Part shown: positions 42,176 through 52,530 of the stretch, piece by piece
How the letters are laid out: every line of letters starts with the position of its first letter
How positions within the stretch are numbered: position 1 is the stretch's first letter
Assembly (NCBI GenBank): GCA_963674865.2
Contig: CAXXYE010000008.1
Location: forward strand, 448,001 to 512,000
Direction: 5' to 3'
Length of the DNA stretch: 64,000 bases
Source: Candidatus Hydrogenedentota bacterium
GTDB taxonomy: Bacteria; Hydrogenedentota; Hydrogenedentia; Hydrogenedentales; SLHB01
Position numbers and translations under genes: made by a program
Notes under the pieces: model-generated
The model's input: only the letters and a program-made list of their open reading frames with translations
Told to the model about the DNA's origin: nothing
Databases searched by the model: none

Positions 42176-43168
42176 GTGCGGATGGAAGCGTGTGGCTCAC
42201 AAAGACAGCCGTCGGTGAAGACTGACTACAAGCCCATCCCCCTACGGATACTCCGCACGCGCGAAGTGGCCGATTTTGACATCTACTTGAGGCCCGATGC
42301 CGGCGGCCCGTGCATTCTCTACCGCGAGCAGGATGTCTGCTTCGAGGAAGAGGATCAGGCGCGCCTGGAGGAAAGCGGCGTCGAGACGGTGTACGTCCGC
42401 GCGGCCGAGGAACGTCTGTACCGGCGCTACATCGAGCGCAATCTTGTGAGCATCCTGGACGATGCGGATGTCCAGAATGAGGAGAAGGCCGAGCTGCTCT
42501 ATGGCTCGCTTGTCTGGCTGACGGAGGACGTGATGGCCGACCCCCGCGCCGGCGACATTGTCCCCCGCAGCCGCTCCATGGTGCAGAACACGTGTAAGTT
42601 TCTCTACGAGCAGCGGGACTTCCTTCAGTACCTCATGCGCGTCACGTCGTACGATTATTACACCTACACGCACAGCGTCAATGTCTTCGTCTTCACCATG
42701 GCCTTGGGGCGGCGCGTATTCCCTAAGGAGCGCGTCAAGAACGAGTTCGGCGTGGGCGCTCTGCTTCACGATATCGGCAAGAGCATGGTTGATCCCGCCA
42801 TCATCAATTGCACCGGGAAGCTCTCCCCCGAGCAGCTCGTCATTATGAGGAAGCATCCCATCTACAGCCATGAGATTCTGGCCGAGAAGAAAGACATACA
42901 TCCCGTTTCGCTCGATATGGCGCGCCACCATCATGAGCGGATCGACGGCGACGGATATCCCGACGGGCTCCGCGGCGATGACGTCTCTCCGGAGGTCCGC
43001 GTCCTTACGATTGCGGATGTCTTCGACGCGCTGACCACACGGCGTCCATACAGGCAGTCGATGACGACGTTCCCCGCCTTGCAGCTTATGCGCGACGAGA
43101 TGGCCGGGCACATCGATCCCGAGTTTTTCCGCATGTTCGTCGAAATGATGGGGGAGCCGGACGCCTGA
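42176..43168 (+). CDS. HD-GYP domain cyclic-dinucleotide phosphodiesterase
   Basis: YTYTHSVNV, LLHDIGK, HHERIDGDGYP, IADVFDALTTRRPYR. Confidence 0.92.
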   Translation: MRMEACGSQRQPSVKTDYKPIPLRILRTREVADFDIYLRPDAGGPCILYREQDVCFEEEDQARLEESGVETVYVRAAEERLYRRYIERNLVSILDDADVQNEEKAELLYGSLVWLTEDVMADPRAGDIVPRSRSMVQNTCKFLYEQRDFLQYLMRVTSYDYYTYTHSVNVFVFTMALGRRVFPKERVKNEFGVGALLHDIGKSMVDPAIINCTGKLSPEQLVIMRKHPIYSHEILAEKKDIHPVSLDMARHHHERIDGDGYPDGLRGDDVSPEVRVLTIADVFDALTTRRPYRQSMTTFPALQLMRDEMAGHIDPEFFRMFVEMMGEPDA

Positions 43169-43181
43169 TTCCGGCGCACCC

Positions 43182-43988
43182 TTAGCGGGGCCGATAGGCT
43201 GCCATTGCTTCCGGTAGATAGTACTGGATGTTCTGGATACGGCTTTGCGGCGCCGGATGGGTCGAGAGGAACTGGGGGACTCTGCCGGAACCAGCTTTGT
43301 TCATGCGTTCCCAGAAGGGAATGGCCGCGCGCGGGTCGTAGCCTGCCATGGCCATCAGCGTGAGGCCTATCCGATCCGCTTCCGATTCATGCATCCGGCT
43401 GTACGGCAGAAGCACGCCCAGGCTGCTCGCCGCGCCGTAGGATTGACGGAAGATGTCCTGCGTGCGTTGGGGGCGGTCCTGCATGGCCTTTGATAGCGCT
43501 ACCTCCCCGAGTTCGAGCAATAAGGTTTGCGTCATCCGCTCATTGCCGTGACGCGCGACGGCGTGGGCGATTTCGTGCGCCATGACAACCGCCAGGCCGT
43601 CCTCGTTCTGGGTGATGGGCAGGATGCCTGTGTAGACGGCCACCTTCCCGCCGGGCATGCACCAGGCGTTGATCGTCTCGTCGTCGTCAATAACCGAGAA
43701 TTCCCACTGGTAGTACTGCGTGCTATAGCCGTGGGCGCGGAGGTATTCCTCCGTCGCTCCGGCCAGCCGCGTTCCGACGCGGTTCACGAGGTCGATCTTC
43801 GCTTGATCTTGTGAGAGCTTCGCCTCGTGCAGCACCTTGCCGTAGTTGTCCACGCTAAGTTGCACAAGCTGAAGGTCGGGCAGGAGGGTGAGTTGCCTGC
43901 GTTCCGTCACCGGAACCGTGGTACATGAGATCGCCAAGGCGATAACCACGGCCGGCAGCGCTTGATGTATACGTAGCCTTCTTTTCAT
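43182..43988 (-). CDS. M48-family zinc metallopeptidase lipoprotein
   Basis: MKRR...LAISC lipobox; NAWCMPGGK, HEIAH, YSR.HE.EAD, FLSTHP. Confidence 0.92.
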   Translation of the reverse strand: MKRRLRIHQALPAVVIALAISCTTVPVTERRQLTLLPDLQLVQLSVDNYGKVLHEAKLSQDQAKIDLVNRVGTRLAGATEEYLRAHGYSTQYYQWEFSVIDDDETINAWCMPGGKVAVYTGILPITQNEDGLAVVMAHEIAHAVARHGNERMTQTLLLELGEVALSKAMQDRPQRTQDIFRQSYGAASSLGVLLPYSRMHESEADRIGLTLMAMAGYDPRAAIPFWERMNKAGSGRVPQFLSTHPAPQSRIQNIQYYLPEAMAAYRPR

Positions 43989-44055
43989 AACGCTTCCCTC
44001 ACAAGCTGGCCCCCTCGGCCCGCCTCGGTTAGCGTAGAAGTCTACGCCGCACAAG

Positions 44056-46377
44056 TCAATCCCGGCCCCCCTTCTCGGAGATGGCGATCCGCTCGATGGC
44101 GTATGGGGCAACCTCGATGCGGCCAATCGAGGGATGCGAGATAACCGCGGGATCATCGCGGAAGTTGAGAGCCAGAAGATGCCCATCTTCCTGCGCGCTG
44201 AGAAATACACCTTGGGGGCGCGCCATTTCCAGGGCGACGCGTGTGGGCGGCGCCAGGGCGGGGTGCTCGAGGAGAACGGAACGCACGAAGGCCGCGTACA
44301 GTGATGGCGGCTCATCGTCGCCCCGGTATCGATGGAATGAGCCCGCGGCCACGTCGCCTCGGAGCCAGCGCTCGAACACGCCGCCGTCATCCTCAACCGT
44401 CCGCAAGCGCATGTTCAGGAAGTAAGGGAAGATGATGGTGCCGCCATTGCGCAGCCACTGGTCGATCTTCTCGAGCACGGCCTGTTCGATGGTTTCGCCC
44501 CAAACGAAGACGAGAACCTTGTACCGGTCGAGAAAACCGTCATCGATCAGGCGATCATCGAGGTAATCCACCTCGATGTGGTCGCGGACCTCTCGCGCGT
44601 AAGGGTTGAAACCCCAAGCGTTTAGGTATCGAAAGGCGTCCGACTGCAGGAAGTTCGCCGTCTGCGGATAGTAGAGCGCGACTTCGACCAGCGGATTCTG
44701 ACGGATGTCAAAGAGGTGGTAATCGCGTAGCCAGGTTTCGATGGCGGTTTGCTGGGCGCACACGTTGGGATAGTAGGTGAAGAAGTGCGCCCCGTTGTTC
44801 GTGATGCAGTTGAACGCGCGGCCGGCCACGCCCCGCGCCGTGTGCCCCATGGCCGGTTCGAAGCCGAGGGGCATATCGTACAGCCGCGCCGCCGTAGCGC
44901 CGAGGCGCGTGGCGTAGAAACACTGGTGAAAACTATCCAACTCGTTGGTAAGGCGGATGCCGCCGTCGAGCTTGAGCATGCTCTTGGCCTGGGCCGTATA
45001 GTCGGTGCCGATCTGTGTGGCCCCCCAGCCTCCCGCGGACTGATAGATCGGCGTGTTCGGCATGGCCTTGCGGGCCTCGAGCGCCCACCATTCGCACCAG
45101 CCGGACATCGAGTCCGTGTACCACGCGCAGATGTCCACCCGCTGCCGCTTGGAGATGCACTGCTGCGGAAGCAGGGGGCAGATCTCGTCATACTCCTCGA
45201 AGGCGCATTCCCAGGCCTCGTTCAGCCGTTCGATGGCGCCATACTTCTCCTTCAGCCAGCGCCGGAGGTCTTCCTGCGCGTAAGGATCTCCCGCCCACAT
45301 CCCGATGTGGATATGCATTTTCTCGCCGCTGTATCCCCAGTTGCCGCCGGCCGGATACTGGGATTCGCCGAAGTTGCCCGACGGTCCGAGGCGAACGCCT
45401 TGCAGGCACCCGCGCGGCTCGTAGTGCGCGCCGAAGGCTTGCAGAAATCGTGTGACGTGCTTCTGGTGGTACGGACTCCAGATGCTCTGGATCGAGTTGC
45501 CCAGCCCGTGCTCGAGACACACGAAGCCTACGTTCTCATCCGATTCGTAGAACCATTGCGGCAAGGTGTAGGCCGAACCGACGATGAGCAGCGGGAACCA
45601 CTTCAAGCCATGGCGCTCGAGTTCATCGACGATGGTGTCATATACGGCCCAGTCGAATTTGCCCAGTTCCGGTTCCACGTAGTTCCACCGCACGTAGCTC
45701 TCCACTGCGTTGAAGCCGAGGGCTTTGGCGAGAGGGAGCGACTCCCGAAGCTGCGGGACGCAATCGCCCGAGTAGGGCCGTGTTCCACTCAGGGCGCCGT
45801 CGGCGCTGCACACAAGCTCCATGGGGCGGCGCAGTGTTACGACGGGCGTCACCTCGCTGGGGATGCTCTCCCGCAGCTCGTCCCAGTATGCGTCGGGCAC
45901 ATCCGCGAGCACCCGCACCGCCCGGAGATGCTGGATGCCCGTCAACGTGAAGTCCGGTTTCCCCGAAGCGTCCCCGTTTCCCGGGGCCTTGTCGAAGGCG
46001 AAGGCTGCGCGGCGGTATGCGCCCGAGTTCACCCGCGTGAAGGAAACGGCCCGGCTGCTGCCGGCATATTGCCCGTTGAACTCCGGGTCGATAAGGCGTT
46101 GCGCGGCGATGATGCCTAGTCCCTGATCGAGGAATTCCACCTCGAGCACAATCTCCCCGCGTCGCCTGACTTCCGGATCGCTCAGGCGGAAGGCCCAGAC
46201 GTCCTCCGCGTAGTAGGCTCCGCCGGGGGTTCTGCGAAGCAGCGAGTCCGGCCCGTGTTGGTAGACCTCGTAATCAGGAGATGCCTCAAAGCTAAGGCCT
46301 TTCTCGCGGTTTGACTTGCCGACACTGAAAGAAGCCAGAATATGTCCGGGAACGGAAGTGCTCTCATGCTGATTCAT
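44056..46377 (-). CDS. Glycoside hydrolase, GH14/GH42-like TIM barrel
   Basis: GFNAVESYVRWNYVEPE.GKFDW, RLGPSGNFGESQYP, WLKEKYGAIERLNEAW, LGFEPA; C-terminal GH42 trimerisation-like segment. Confidence 0.72.
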   Translation of the reverse strand: MNQHESTSVPGHILASFSVGKSNREKGLSFEASPDYEVYQHGPDSLLRRTPGGAYYAEDVWAFRLSDPEVRRRGEIVLEVEFLDQGLGIIAAQRLIDPEFNGQYAGSSRAVSFTRVNSGAYRRAAFAFDKAPGNGDASGKPDFTLTGIQHLRAVRVLADVPDAYWDELRESIPSEVTPVVTLRRPMELVCSADGALSGTRPYSGDCVPQLRESLPLAKALGFNAVESYVRWNYVEPELGKFDWAVYDTIVDELERHGLKWFPLLIVGSAYTLPQWFYESDENVGFVCLEHGLGNSIQSIWSPYHQKHVTRFLQAFGAHYEPRGCLQGVRLGPSGNFGESQYPAGGNWGYSGEKMHIHIGMWAGDPYAQEDLRRWLKEKYGAIERLNEAWECAFEEYDEICPLLPQQCISKRQRVDICAWYTDSMSGWCEWWALEARKAMPNTPIYQSAGGWGATQIGTDYTAQAKSMLKLDGGIRLTNELDSFHQCFYATRLGATAARLYDMPLGFEPAMGHTARGVAGRAFNCITNNGAHFFTYYPNVCAQQTAIETWLRDYHLFDIRQNPLVEVALYYPQTANFLQSDAFRYLNAWGFNPYAREVRDHIEVDYLDDRLIDDGFLDRYKVLVFVWGETIEQAVLEKIDQWLRNGGTIIFPYFLNMRLRTVEDDGGVFERWLRGDVAAGSFHRYRGDDEPPSLYAAFVRSVLLEHPALAPPTRVALEMARPQGVFLSAQEDGHLLALNFRDDPAVISHPSIGRIEVAPYAIERIAISEKGGRD

Positions 46378-46427
46378 CGGATTTCCTTCGCGAAAGTCCT
46401 GCGCCTGGATGCCTGTTCGAGGGAGGG

Positions 46428-46456
46428 ATGGTAAAGCGGGCTTCACCCGTTGTCAA
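46428..46456 (-). promoter_or_regulatory. Sigma70-type promoter of the GH14/42-like gene
   Basis: TTGACA-17 bp-TACCAT on the minus strand. Confidence 0.6.
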
Positions 46457-46566
46457 CAAGAATGCCACGAGGCAGAATTTCGGCGGCCCGCGGACTCGCC
46501 TCTGTGGTATAGTTGCCTGCATCCGGAGAAAGGCGCTCCGCAACTTCCTGAAAGAACCTAGCGCGT

Positions 46567-47223
46567 ATGAAACCATCCGCAAGCAAGAACGTTCCCTCTA
46601 CCGGACAGACTGTCCGCGAAGAAGTGGCCAATAGCATCACCCATGGGCTCGGTGCGGGCCTGAGCATCGCCGGGCTGAGCGTGTTGGTGTCGCTTGCGGC
46701 GCTTCACGGCGACGCCTGGCGCGTAGTTAGCTTCAGCATCTACGGGGCCACCCTGGTGCTGCTCTATCTGGCCTCGACGTTTTACCACAGCTTCCCGTGG
46801 CCGCGAGTGAAGGGCGTGTTTCATGTCATCGACCACGCCGCCATCTACCTGCTTATTGCAGGCACGTACACGCCGTTCACGCTGGTGAGCCTGCGCGGGC
46901 CGTGGGGGTGGAGCCTCTTCGGGATCATGTGGGGCCTTGCCTTGTCGGGCATCGCGCTGAAGGTTATCTTCTTCGGGCGGGCGCGGATTTTGTCGGTAGC
47001 CGTCTACGTGGCCATGGGCTGGTTTGTGCTGGTGGCGATCAAGCCTACGCTGGGGGCCTTGTCTCCCAAGGCGCTGGCGTGGGTCGCCACGGGCGGGCTG
47101 GCCTACACCATGGGCGTCGTGTTCTATGCCTGGAAGCGCCTCCCCTTCAACCATGCGGCGTGGCATCTATTCGTCATGGGCGGCAGCATCTGCCACTTCT
47201 TCGCCATCTTGTTCTACGTGTAA
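46567..47223 (+). CDS. Hemolysin III / PAQR family membrane protein
   Basis: EEVANSITHG, STFYH, DHAAIYLLIAGTYTP, HAAWHLFV. Confidence 0.93.
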   Translation: MKPSASKNVPSTGQTVREEVANSITHGLGAGLSIAGLSVLVSLAALHGDAWRVVSFSIYGATLVLLYLASTFYHSFPWPRVKGVFHVIDHAAIYLLIAGTYTPFTLVSLRGPWGWSLFGIMWGLALSGIALKVIFFGRARILSVAVYVAMGWFVLVAIKPTLGALSPKALAWVATGGLAYTMGVVFYAWKRLPFNHAAWHLFVMGGSICHFFAILFYV

Positions 47224-47271
47224 GCGATTCAGGCTGAGTCTGGCCTGAAAGTGCGGCTCCCGGCCGCATCT

Positions 47272-48555
47272 CTAGCTGCGAGGCGCTTGGCGGATGTTCG
47301 GCAGTTTCAGGAAGAAGACGAGCGCGGCCATCACGGCGCCGACGGCGCTGGCGTAGAACACAAACGTGAAGCCTGTCAGATGCACCAGAATCATTCCCAA
47401 GACGATCACCAGCCCTCCTGGAATCGCTACTAGGGATAATGTCGTTGCGTAAACCGGGCGCTTCTCCATCGGCGCCAGCTTGAGGATGAGCACGGGCCAG
47501 GCATTCGCCAGGAGGCCGCCGCCGATAGGGCCGAGGAGGAAGACAATCGCGAAGCCCGTGCGAGAAGTGGCCTGCGATAGCAGCAACGCACTCGCGGCCA
47601 CGGAGAGCGAGGAGAGCACGAGGGCCGGTTTGGCGCCGAAGTGATCCACGAACCAACCGGCGACGGCGTGGCCTACGATTCCGCCGATGGTGAGAAGAAT
47701 GACGGGGAGCCACATGTCGGCGTCCGTCAGGTTGCAGCGGAGGATGAACACCGGCGTCATGTACGCCCCCACGAGGAAGCCCGCCGAGCGTAGTGTCCGG
47801 CCTACCAGGATCCAGCGCACTCGGGAGTCTTTCCGGATAATCGCCACGATGCCTCGGAGCGTGTCGGTAAGTGCGCCCAATCCGTGTGGGAGTTCGCGGG
47901 CCATGGGCACTTCGCGAATCCGCGTCACTACGTATAGCGAAAGGCCCAACAAACTCACTCCCACCCAACCAAGCACGACGTAGTTTGTGGGGGCCTCGAA
48001 CCGGCGATTCACCCACCACACCAAGGCGCTCGCGGCCAGGCCGATGATCGCCGCGAGGACGTTTCTAAGGCTCATCATCCGGCCCCACCATTGCTCTCGG
48101 ACGCCATTGGTGATCACGACTTGGAACACGGGAAAGCCCAGGCCGCCGAAGAAATTGCTCGCCATCCACGACGCGACAAGGAGGTAAAGCATGAAGCGAG
48201 AACTCGAAAAGAAGAACATCGCGCCCAGCGGTACCGCGAGGAACGGCAAGCGCTGCAGCACGCCGGTCTTTATGCAGTATGGTAGCTTCCATTGCCTGCC
48301 GCCCCCCATGGCCGTGCCGATGGGAGCGCCCAAGGCCACAATAACGCCGCCCAGGGAAAACAGGCCCATCCACATGGGGTCAATGCCAAGTCGGTTGAAG
48401 AGGAAGGGGATGAGCGTCGCGGGCCCCATGATCTTCGTGGCTGTGATGTACAGCGCCGCTTCCGACCCGCACACCCAGAAGTTCCACCGGTGCGTTTTCA
48501 GGGGCACGTCGTGTGCGGTAGCCTCCGGGCATTCTGTTGGTGCTTGTTTGCTCAT
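47272..48555 (-). CDS. MFS transporter
   Basis: About 12 hydrophobic segments; GWFVDHFGAK MFS-like loop motif. Confidence 0.8.
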   Translation of the reverse strand: MSKQAPTECPEATAHDVPLKTHRWNFWVCGSEAALYITATKIMGPATLIPFLFNRLGIDPMWMGLFSLGGVIVALGAPIGTAMGGGRQWKLPYCIKTGVLQRLPFLAVPLGAMFFFSSSRFMLYLLVASWMASNFFGGLGFPVFQVVITNGVREQWWGRMMSLRNVLAAIIGLAASALVWWVNRRFEAPTNYVVLGWVGVSLLGLSLYVVTRIREVPMARELPHGLGALTDTLRGIVAIIRKDSRVRWILVGRTLRSAGFLVGAYMTPVFILRCNLTDADMWLPVILLTIGGIVGHAVAGWFVDHFGAKPALVLSSLSVAASALLLSQATSRTGFAIVFLLGPIGGGLLANAWPVLILKLAPMEKRPVYATTLSLVAIPGGLVIVLGMILVHLTGFTFVFYASAVGAVMAALVFFLKLPNIRQAPRS

Positions 48556-48786
48556 AATTTCTGAAGATTCTGGGGCCGATGGTGTTAGCCGCGTACTCTA
48601 CCGCAGCCTCGCGCACAAAACAAAGGCTGCACGCCAACGCACAGACTAGCCTTGGTGTGGTGCGTGCGTGGCTTGATTTGCTCCGGAGCGTCCAGCAGAC
48701 TTCTCCAGATACCTGAGGAGATGGCCGGGCCCGCGGCTAGAGCGCTTCCCGGGCGCGGTTTTCGCGAGAACACCAAAGGAGTAGTC

Positions 48787-51066
48787 ATGACTGCAATAAC
48801 GCTGGTGTTGATATGCGCTTCCATCATTCTTATGTTTCCCGGTGCGGCAGGCGCTCAGGAGGACGCGCCCTTTCCGCGTCCCTTGGCGCGCTCGGCTATT
48901 GCGCTCAACGCGCTGGATGATCCCATCAACGATTCCCTCCTCCTCGGCAATGGCGACCTCAACGGACTCCTCTTCGCCGAGGGCGACGACCTCGTGTTTC
49001 GCCTAACCAAGAATGATGTGTGGGATGCGCGGCTCGACGCGGCGTTGAATCCACCCCTGCCGACGCTTGCGCGCCTGAAAGAGCTGGCGGCCGGAGACTG
49101 GGAGAATCGCGAGTACATCTTGCCCGAGGGATGCGATTGGCAGCCGCCGGACGCCTATCACGCCCACCCCTATCCCTGTCCGCGCGCGTGCGGTGTGGTC
49201 CGCGTCGAAGGGGCGGGCCGGGCGCCCTTGACGGCGCGCCTCGACATCCAGCGCGCCACGGCGGACGTCGTCACCGACTATGGGCGCACCCGCTGTTACA
49301 TTGCCGCCGACGAAAACGTGCTTCTCTGGACACTGCCGCCGGACGCGCAAGTATCCTTGGAACCCATCGCCTCGGAGGACATTCCCCCCGCTCAGATCGG
49401 CGGCGAAGAGGACCTCGCCTGGCTTACGCAGTCTATCCCCGGCGACGCCGATTGGCCCGGCATGAGCTTCGCCGTGGCCTGCCTGACAAAGCGAGACCGA
49501 GCCGCCGTTGCCGTCGCTACCTCTCTGGACTCGGGCGAGCCACTCGATGCCGCGATCATGCTGGCTAAGGCGGCGCTCGGCGGGAAGCAGGAGGAACTGA
49601 CGCGCCGGCATCAGGAAACCTGGAGATCGTTCTGGGCGCAAAGCGCGGTGGAACTCACCGATGAAACCTTGGAGCACACGTGGTATAGGAGCCTTTACTT
49701 CCTGCGATGCGTCAGCAAGCCGGGCGTAGTCAGCACCGGCCTGTTCGCCGGCCTTCTTGATGACAAGCCCGCCTGGCACGGCGATTACCACACCAACTAC
49801 AACATCCAGCAAACCTTCTGGGCCGCGTACGCGGCCAACCACGTGGAATTGGCCGAGCCTTACGAGCGGCTTATCTACGATTACCTGCCGCGCGCCCGGT
49901 GGATGGCCGGCCGGATATTCAACTCTCAGGGGGCGTACTTCCCGCACGTCCTCTTCGCCTACGAGCCGCCCGATCCGGAGCGCTGCGAGGGCGCCTACGG
50001 CAGGCAGTACATCCACCACGTGTGGGGATTCACCCTCGGCGTTGCGCCCTTCACCGTGCAGCCCTTATGGTGGCGATACCAATACGCCCCGGACGCCGCC
50101 TACCTCGAATCCGTGGCCTATCCCGTGCTGCGTGATGTGGCCGTTTTCTGCGCCGATTTCATCGACACGTGCGATCGGGCCGGCGGCAAGGTCGTCCTGG
50201 GCCCGACGGTTTCCCCCGAGCACCACGGCTGGACGCCTCACCTCGAGCGAAACCGGGACGGCGCCTTCTGCATCGCCTATTTCCACTTCGCATTCGACGC
50301 CGCCATCGAAGCCGCGAGCCTTCTCGGCCGCGACGAAGAGCTTGTCGAGCGGTGGCACGCCGCGAAGGCGCTCTTGCCGGACTATCCCGTTTACGGCGCC
50401 CCGCCGGTTGTTGTCGACGTGGCCGGCGCCGAGCCTATGACCTACAACATTCCCGTGCCGGCGACGCCGGTGTTTCCGGCGGAGCAGGTAACGCGCGATT
50501 CGTCCGTGGATGTTCAGGCGTTGTTCCGTAGAACCATCGAGGGACTCGAGCACAACGGGAACAACGCGCCCGTCATGCTCGCCACGGTCCGGGCACGGCT
50601 TGCCATGTCCGACGCCTACGACTGGCTGCGTACGGAGATCGACCGCCGCACGCGGCCCAACGGCACACTCACCCTCAACCGGCTCGATTCCGGCTGCGGA
50701 TTCAACGATTTCGGACACTACACCGAAATGTTCGGGACGGCCCTGCCGATTACGGAGCTCGTGCTCCAGAGCGTGGGGGGAATTGTCCGCGTGTTTCCGG
50801 CTTGGCCGGAGCGCTTGCCCGCGCGCTTCAACCGGCTGCGCGCGGAAGGGGGCTTCCTCGTGTCCGCGTCGCAGGCCGGCGGCACGGTTGAATCGCTCAC
50901 CATCGAGAGCACGGTGGGCGGTGCGCTCCGCCTGGCGACGCCCTGGCCCGCGTGCCAAGTCGCCTCTCAAGAGGACGGGCCTTGGCGGACGCTCCCCACG
51001 GAAGAGCCGGTTATCCGCTTGGGCACACAGCCTGGGCAAGTGCTCAGCTTCCGCCCTGTTCCCTAG
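48787..51066 (+). CDS. Secreted GH95-like (alpha-L-fucosidase family) glycoside hydrolase
   Basis: RBS AAGGAG and signal peptide; LLGNGDL, KNDVWD, WHGDYHTNYNIQQTFW, TVSPEH, VFPAWP, LRAEGGFLVSA. Confidence 0.78.
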   Translation: MTAITLVLICASIILMFPGAAGAQEDAPFPRPLARSAIALNALDDPINDSLLLGNGDLNGLLFAEGDDLVFRLTKNDVWDARLDAALNPPLPTLARLKELAAGDWENREYILPEGCDWQPPDAYHAHPYPCPRACGVVRVEGAGRAPLTARLDIQRATADVVTDYGRTRCYIAADENVLLWTLPPDAQVSLEPIASEDIPPAQIGGEEDLAWLTQSIPGDADWPGMSFAVACLTKRDRAAVAVATSLDSGEPLDAAIMLAKAALGGKQEELTRRHQETWRSFWAQSAVELTDETLEHTWYRSLYFLRCVSKPGVVSTGLFAGLLDDKPAWHGDYHTNYNIQQTFWAAYAANHVELAEPYERLIYDYLPRARWMAGRIFNSQGAYFPHVLFAYEPPDPERCEGAYGRQYIHHVWGFTLGVAPFTVQPLWWRYQYAPDAAYLESVAYPVLRDVAVFCADFIDTCDRAGGKVVLGPTVSPEHHGWTPHLERNRDGAFCIAYFHFAFDAAIEAASLLGRDEELVERWHAAKALLPDYPVYGAPPVVVDVAGAEPMTYNIPVPATPVFPAEQVTRDSSVDVQALFRRTIEGLEHNGNNAPVMLATVRARLAMSDAYDWLRTEIDRRTRPNGTLTLNRLDSGCGFNDFGHYTEMFGTALPITELVLQSVGGIVRVFPAWPERLPARFNRLRAEGGFLVSASQAGGTVESLTIESTVGGALRLATPWPACQVASQEDGPWRTLPTEEPVIRLGTQPGQVLSFRPVP

Positions 51067-51162
51067 GACTTTGGGACGCAACGTCCATCGCGTGCCGCGA
51101 ACCAAGAAGACGGAAGGGTAGCCCCCAGCGTTGTGTAGAATACTTCCCCGCGAATGTTGAAT

Positions 51163-51239
51163 TGGTGGGCGATACTGGACTTGAACCAGTGACCTCTTGC
51201 ATGTCAAGCAAGCACTCTAACCACCTGAGCTAATCGCCC
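51163..51239 (-). tRNA. tRNA-Val(GAC)
   Basis: GGGCGATTAGCTCAGGTGGTTAGAGTG-CTTGC-TTGACAT-GCAAG-AGGTCACTGGTTCAAGTCCAGTATCGCCCACCA. Confidence 0.97.
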
Positions 51240-51252
51240 ATCCGCAGGCGAC

Positions 51253-51282
51253 AATTTAGCAGACTATTCCGCGGGTTGTCAA
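51253..51282 (-). promoter_or_regulatory. Sigma70-type promoter of tRNA-Val
   Basis: TTGACA-18 bp-TAAATT (preceded by TGC) on the minus strand. Confidence 0.6.
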
Positions 51283-51299
51283 TTTCCCCCGACGCAACG

Positions 51300-52530
51300 C
51301 TAAGTGATCCCCAGTTTTGCGATAGGTGCATGAATAAGGGCCAAACACGAGTTTCCGACCTGTATACTGGCGAAAGTCGACCAAAACCGTCGTCAGCAGG
51401 AGGATTTTTCATGTTTGGCCCGAGCAAGATTATGAAGTGGTTCGACCGGAATCTGCAAGAGGTGCGACGGTCGCGACGCAAGACGCTGGCCCATATCGCG
51501 GCAGGAGCCATGAAGATGAAAGGGGTCGGCGTGTTGGCGTTGGGACGCGCCATGGATGGCCCGGCACTCGCAAAGCACCGTATTAAAAGGGTGGATCGCT
51601 TCTTAGGCAATGAGCAGGTGGAAGCCTTCGCCATTGCCAAGGCGTTGTTCAACATCCTGCGAGGCCAAGACCGACGGCCCTTGGTCCTGGTCGATTGGAC
51701 GGATCGCGGTGCCTTCGAACAACTGGTTCTCTCCATTCCCCAAGACGGCCGCTCTATGCCGTTCCACGCCATCTCCATCGATTCGACCAAATTCGGGACG
51801 GAAAGTGAAGGGGCTCTCATCCAAGCTGAACGAGAGATTCTGCGAGACCTGCACGCCATGTGTCCGCCCGGCGTGACTCCGATTATCGTGGCCGACCGGG
51901 GCTTCGGAAACGAGCGCTGGATACGCGATGTCACAAACTGGGGATGGTGCTTTGTGCAGCGTCTGTCCAAGAATCATTGGGTCGAAACCGAGCACCACAT
52001 CGGCACCCTCCCCGAACTGGGGATACGGCGAGGCTATCGCCCCAAAGACTGGGGCTGGGGCACGATGGGAGAAAAGGACGCCGACAACAAGACGCCCTTT
52101 CGGCTGGTCACCGTCTTCGGTTGGGAGGCCGACGAGCCGTGGTATCTCATTACAAACATTGAAGATCGCGAGGCCCGGGCCATCACATCCATCTACGCGA
52201 AGCGCTGGTGGACTGAAATGATGTTTCGAGATCTGAAGAACCGCAAATGGGGGCTCGGCATGGACGAAGTGAAACTCACCTCCCGCCAGCGCACCGCTGT
52301 GCACTTCATCATCGTCATGCTTGCCTTCATTCTTCTGTGCGCCTTCGGCGCCTTCGCCGAAACCAAAGACTTCGGCGAACAACTCAAAGCAAACACCGCC
52401 GAGAACAGAGCCCTCTCCCTCGCCGCCACAGGAAACCACTTCATCGAATTCATCGGACGAACCACCGTTGCTATGGCCATCGCTAGATTGGTCTACGCAC
52501 CTACATAGAACCAAACTGGGGAGTACTCAG
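51300..52530 (+). mobile_element. Complete IS4-family insertion sequence (1231 bp)
   Basis: Left IR CTAAGTGATCCCCAGTTTTG (51300-51319); right IR reverse complement CTGAGTACTCCCCAGTTTGG (52511-52530); direct repeat GACGCAACG at 51291-51299 and 52531-52539. Confidence 0.92.
51411..52508 (+). CDS. IS4-family DDE transposase
   Basis: RBS AGGAGG; VLVDWT, IVADRGF, PWYLITN, YAKRWWTEMMFRDLK (YREK signature). Confidence 0.93.
   Translation: MFGPSKIMKWFDRNLQEVRRSRRKTLAHIAAGAMKMKGVGVLALGRAMDGPALAKHRIKRVDRFLGNEQVEAFAIAKALFNILRGQDRRPLVLVDWTDRGAFEQLVLSIPQDGRSMPFHAISIDSTKFGTESEGALIQAEREILRDLHAMCPPGVTPIIVADRGFGNERWIRDVTNWGWCFVQRLSKNHWVETEHHIGTLPELGIRRGYRPKDWGWGTMGEKDADNKTPFRLVTVFGWEADEPWYLITNIEDREARAITSIYAKRWWTEMMFRDLKNRKWGLGMDEVKLTSRQRTAVHFIIVMLAFILLCAFGAFAETKDFGEQLKANTAENRALSLAATGNHFIEFIGRTTVAMAIARLVYAPT

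Noticed and set aside
46567..47223. Hemolysin III as a virulence toxin
   Set aside because: PAQR-family proteins are widespread membrane-homeostasis proteins and there is no toxin context here.
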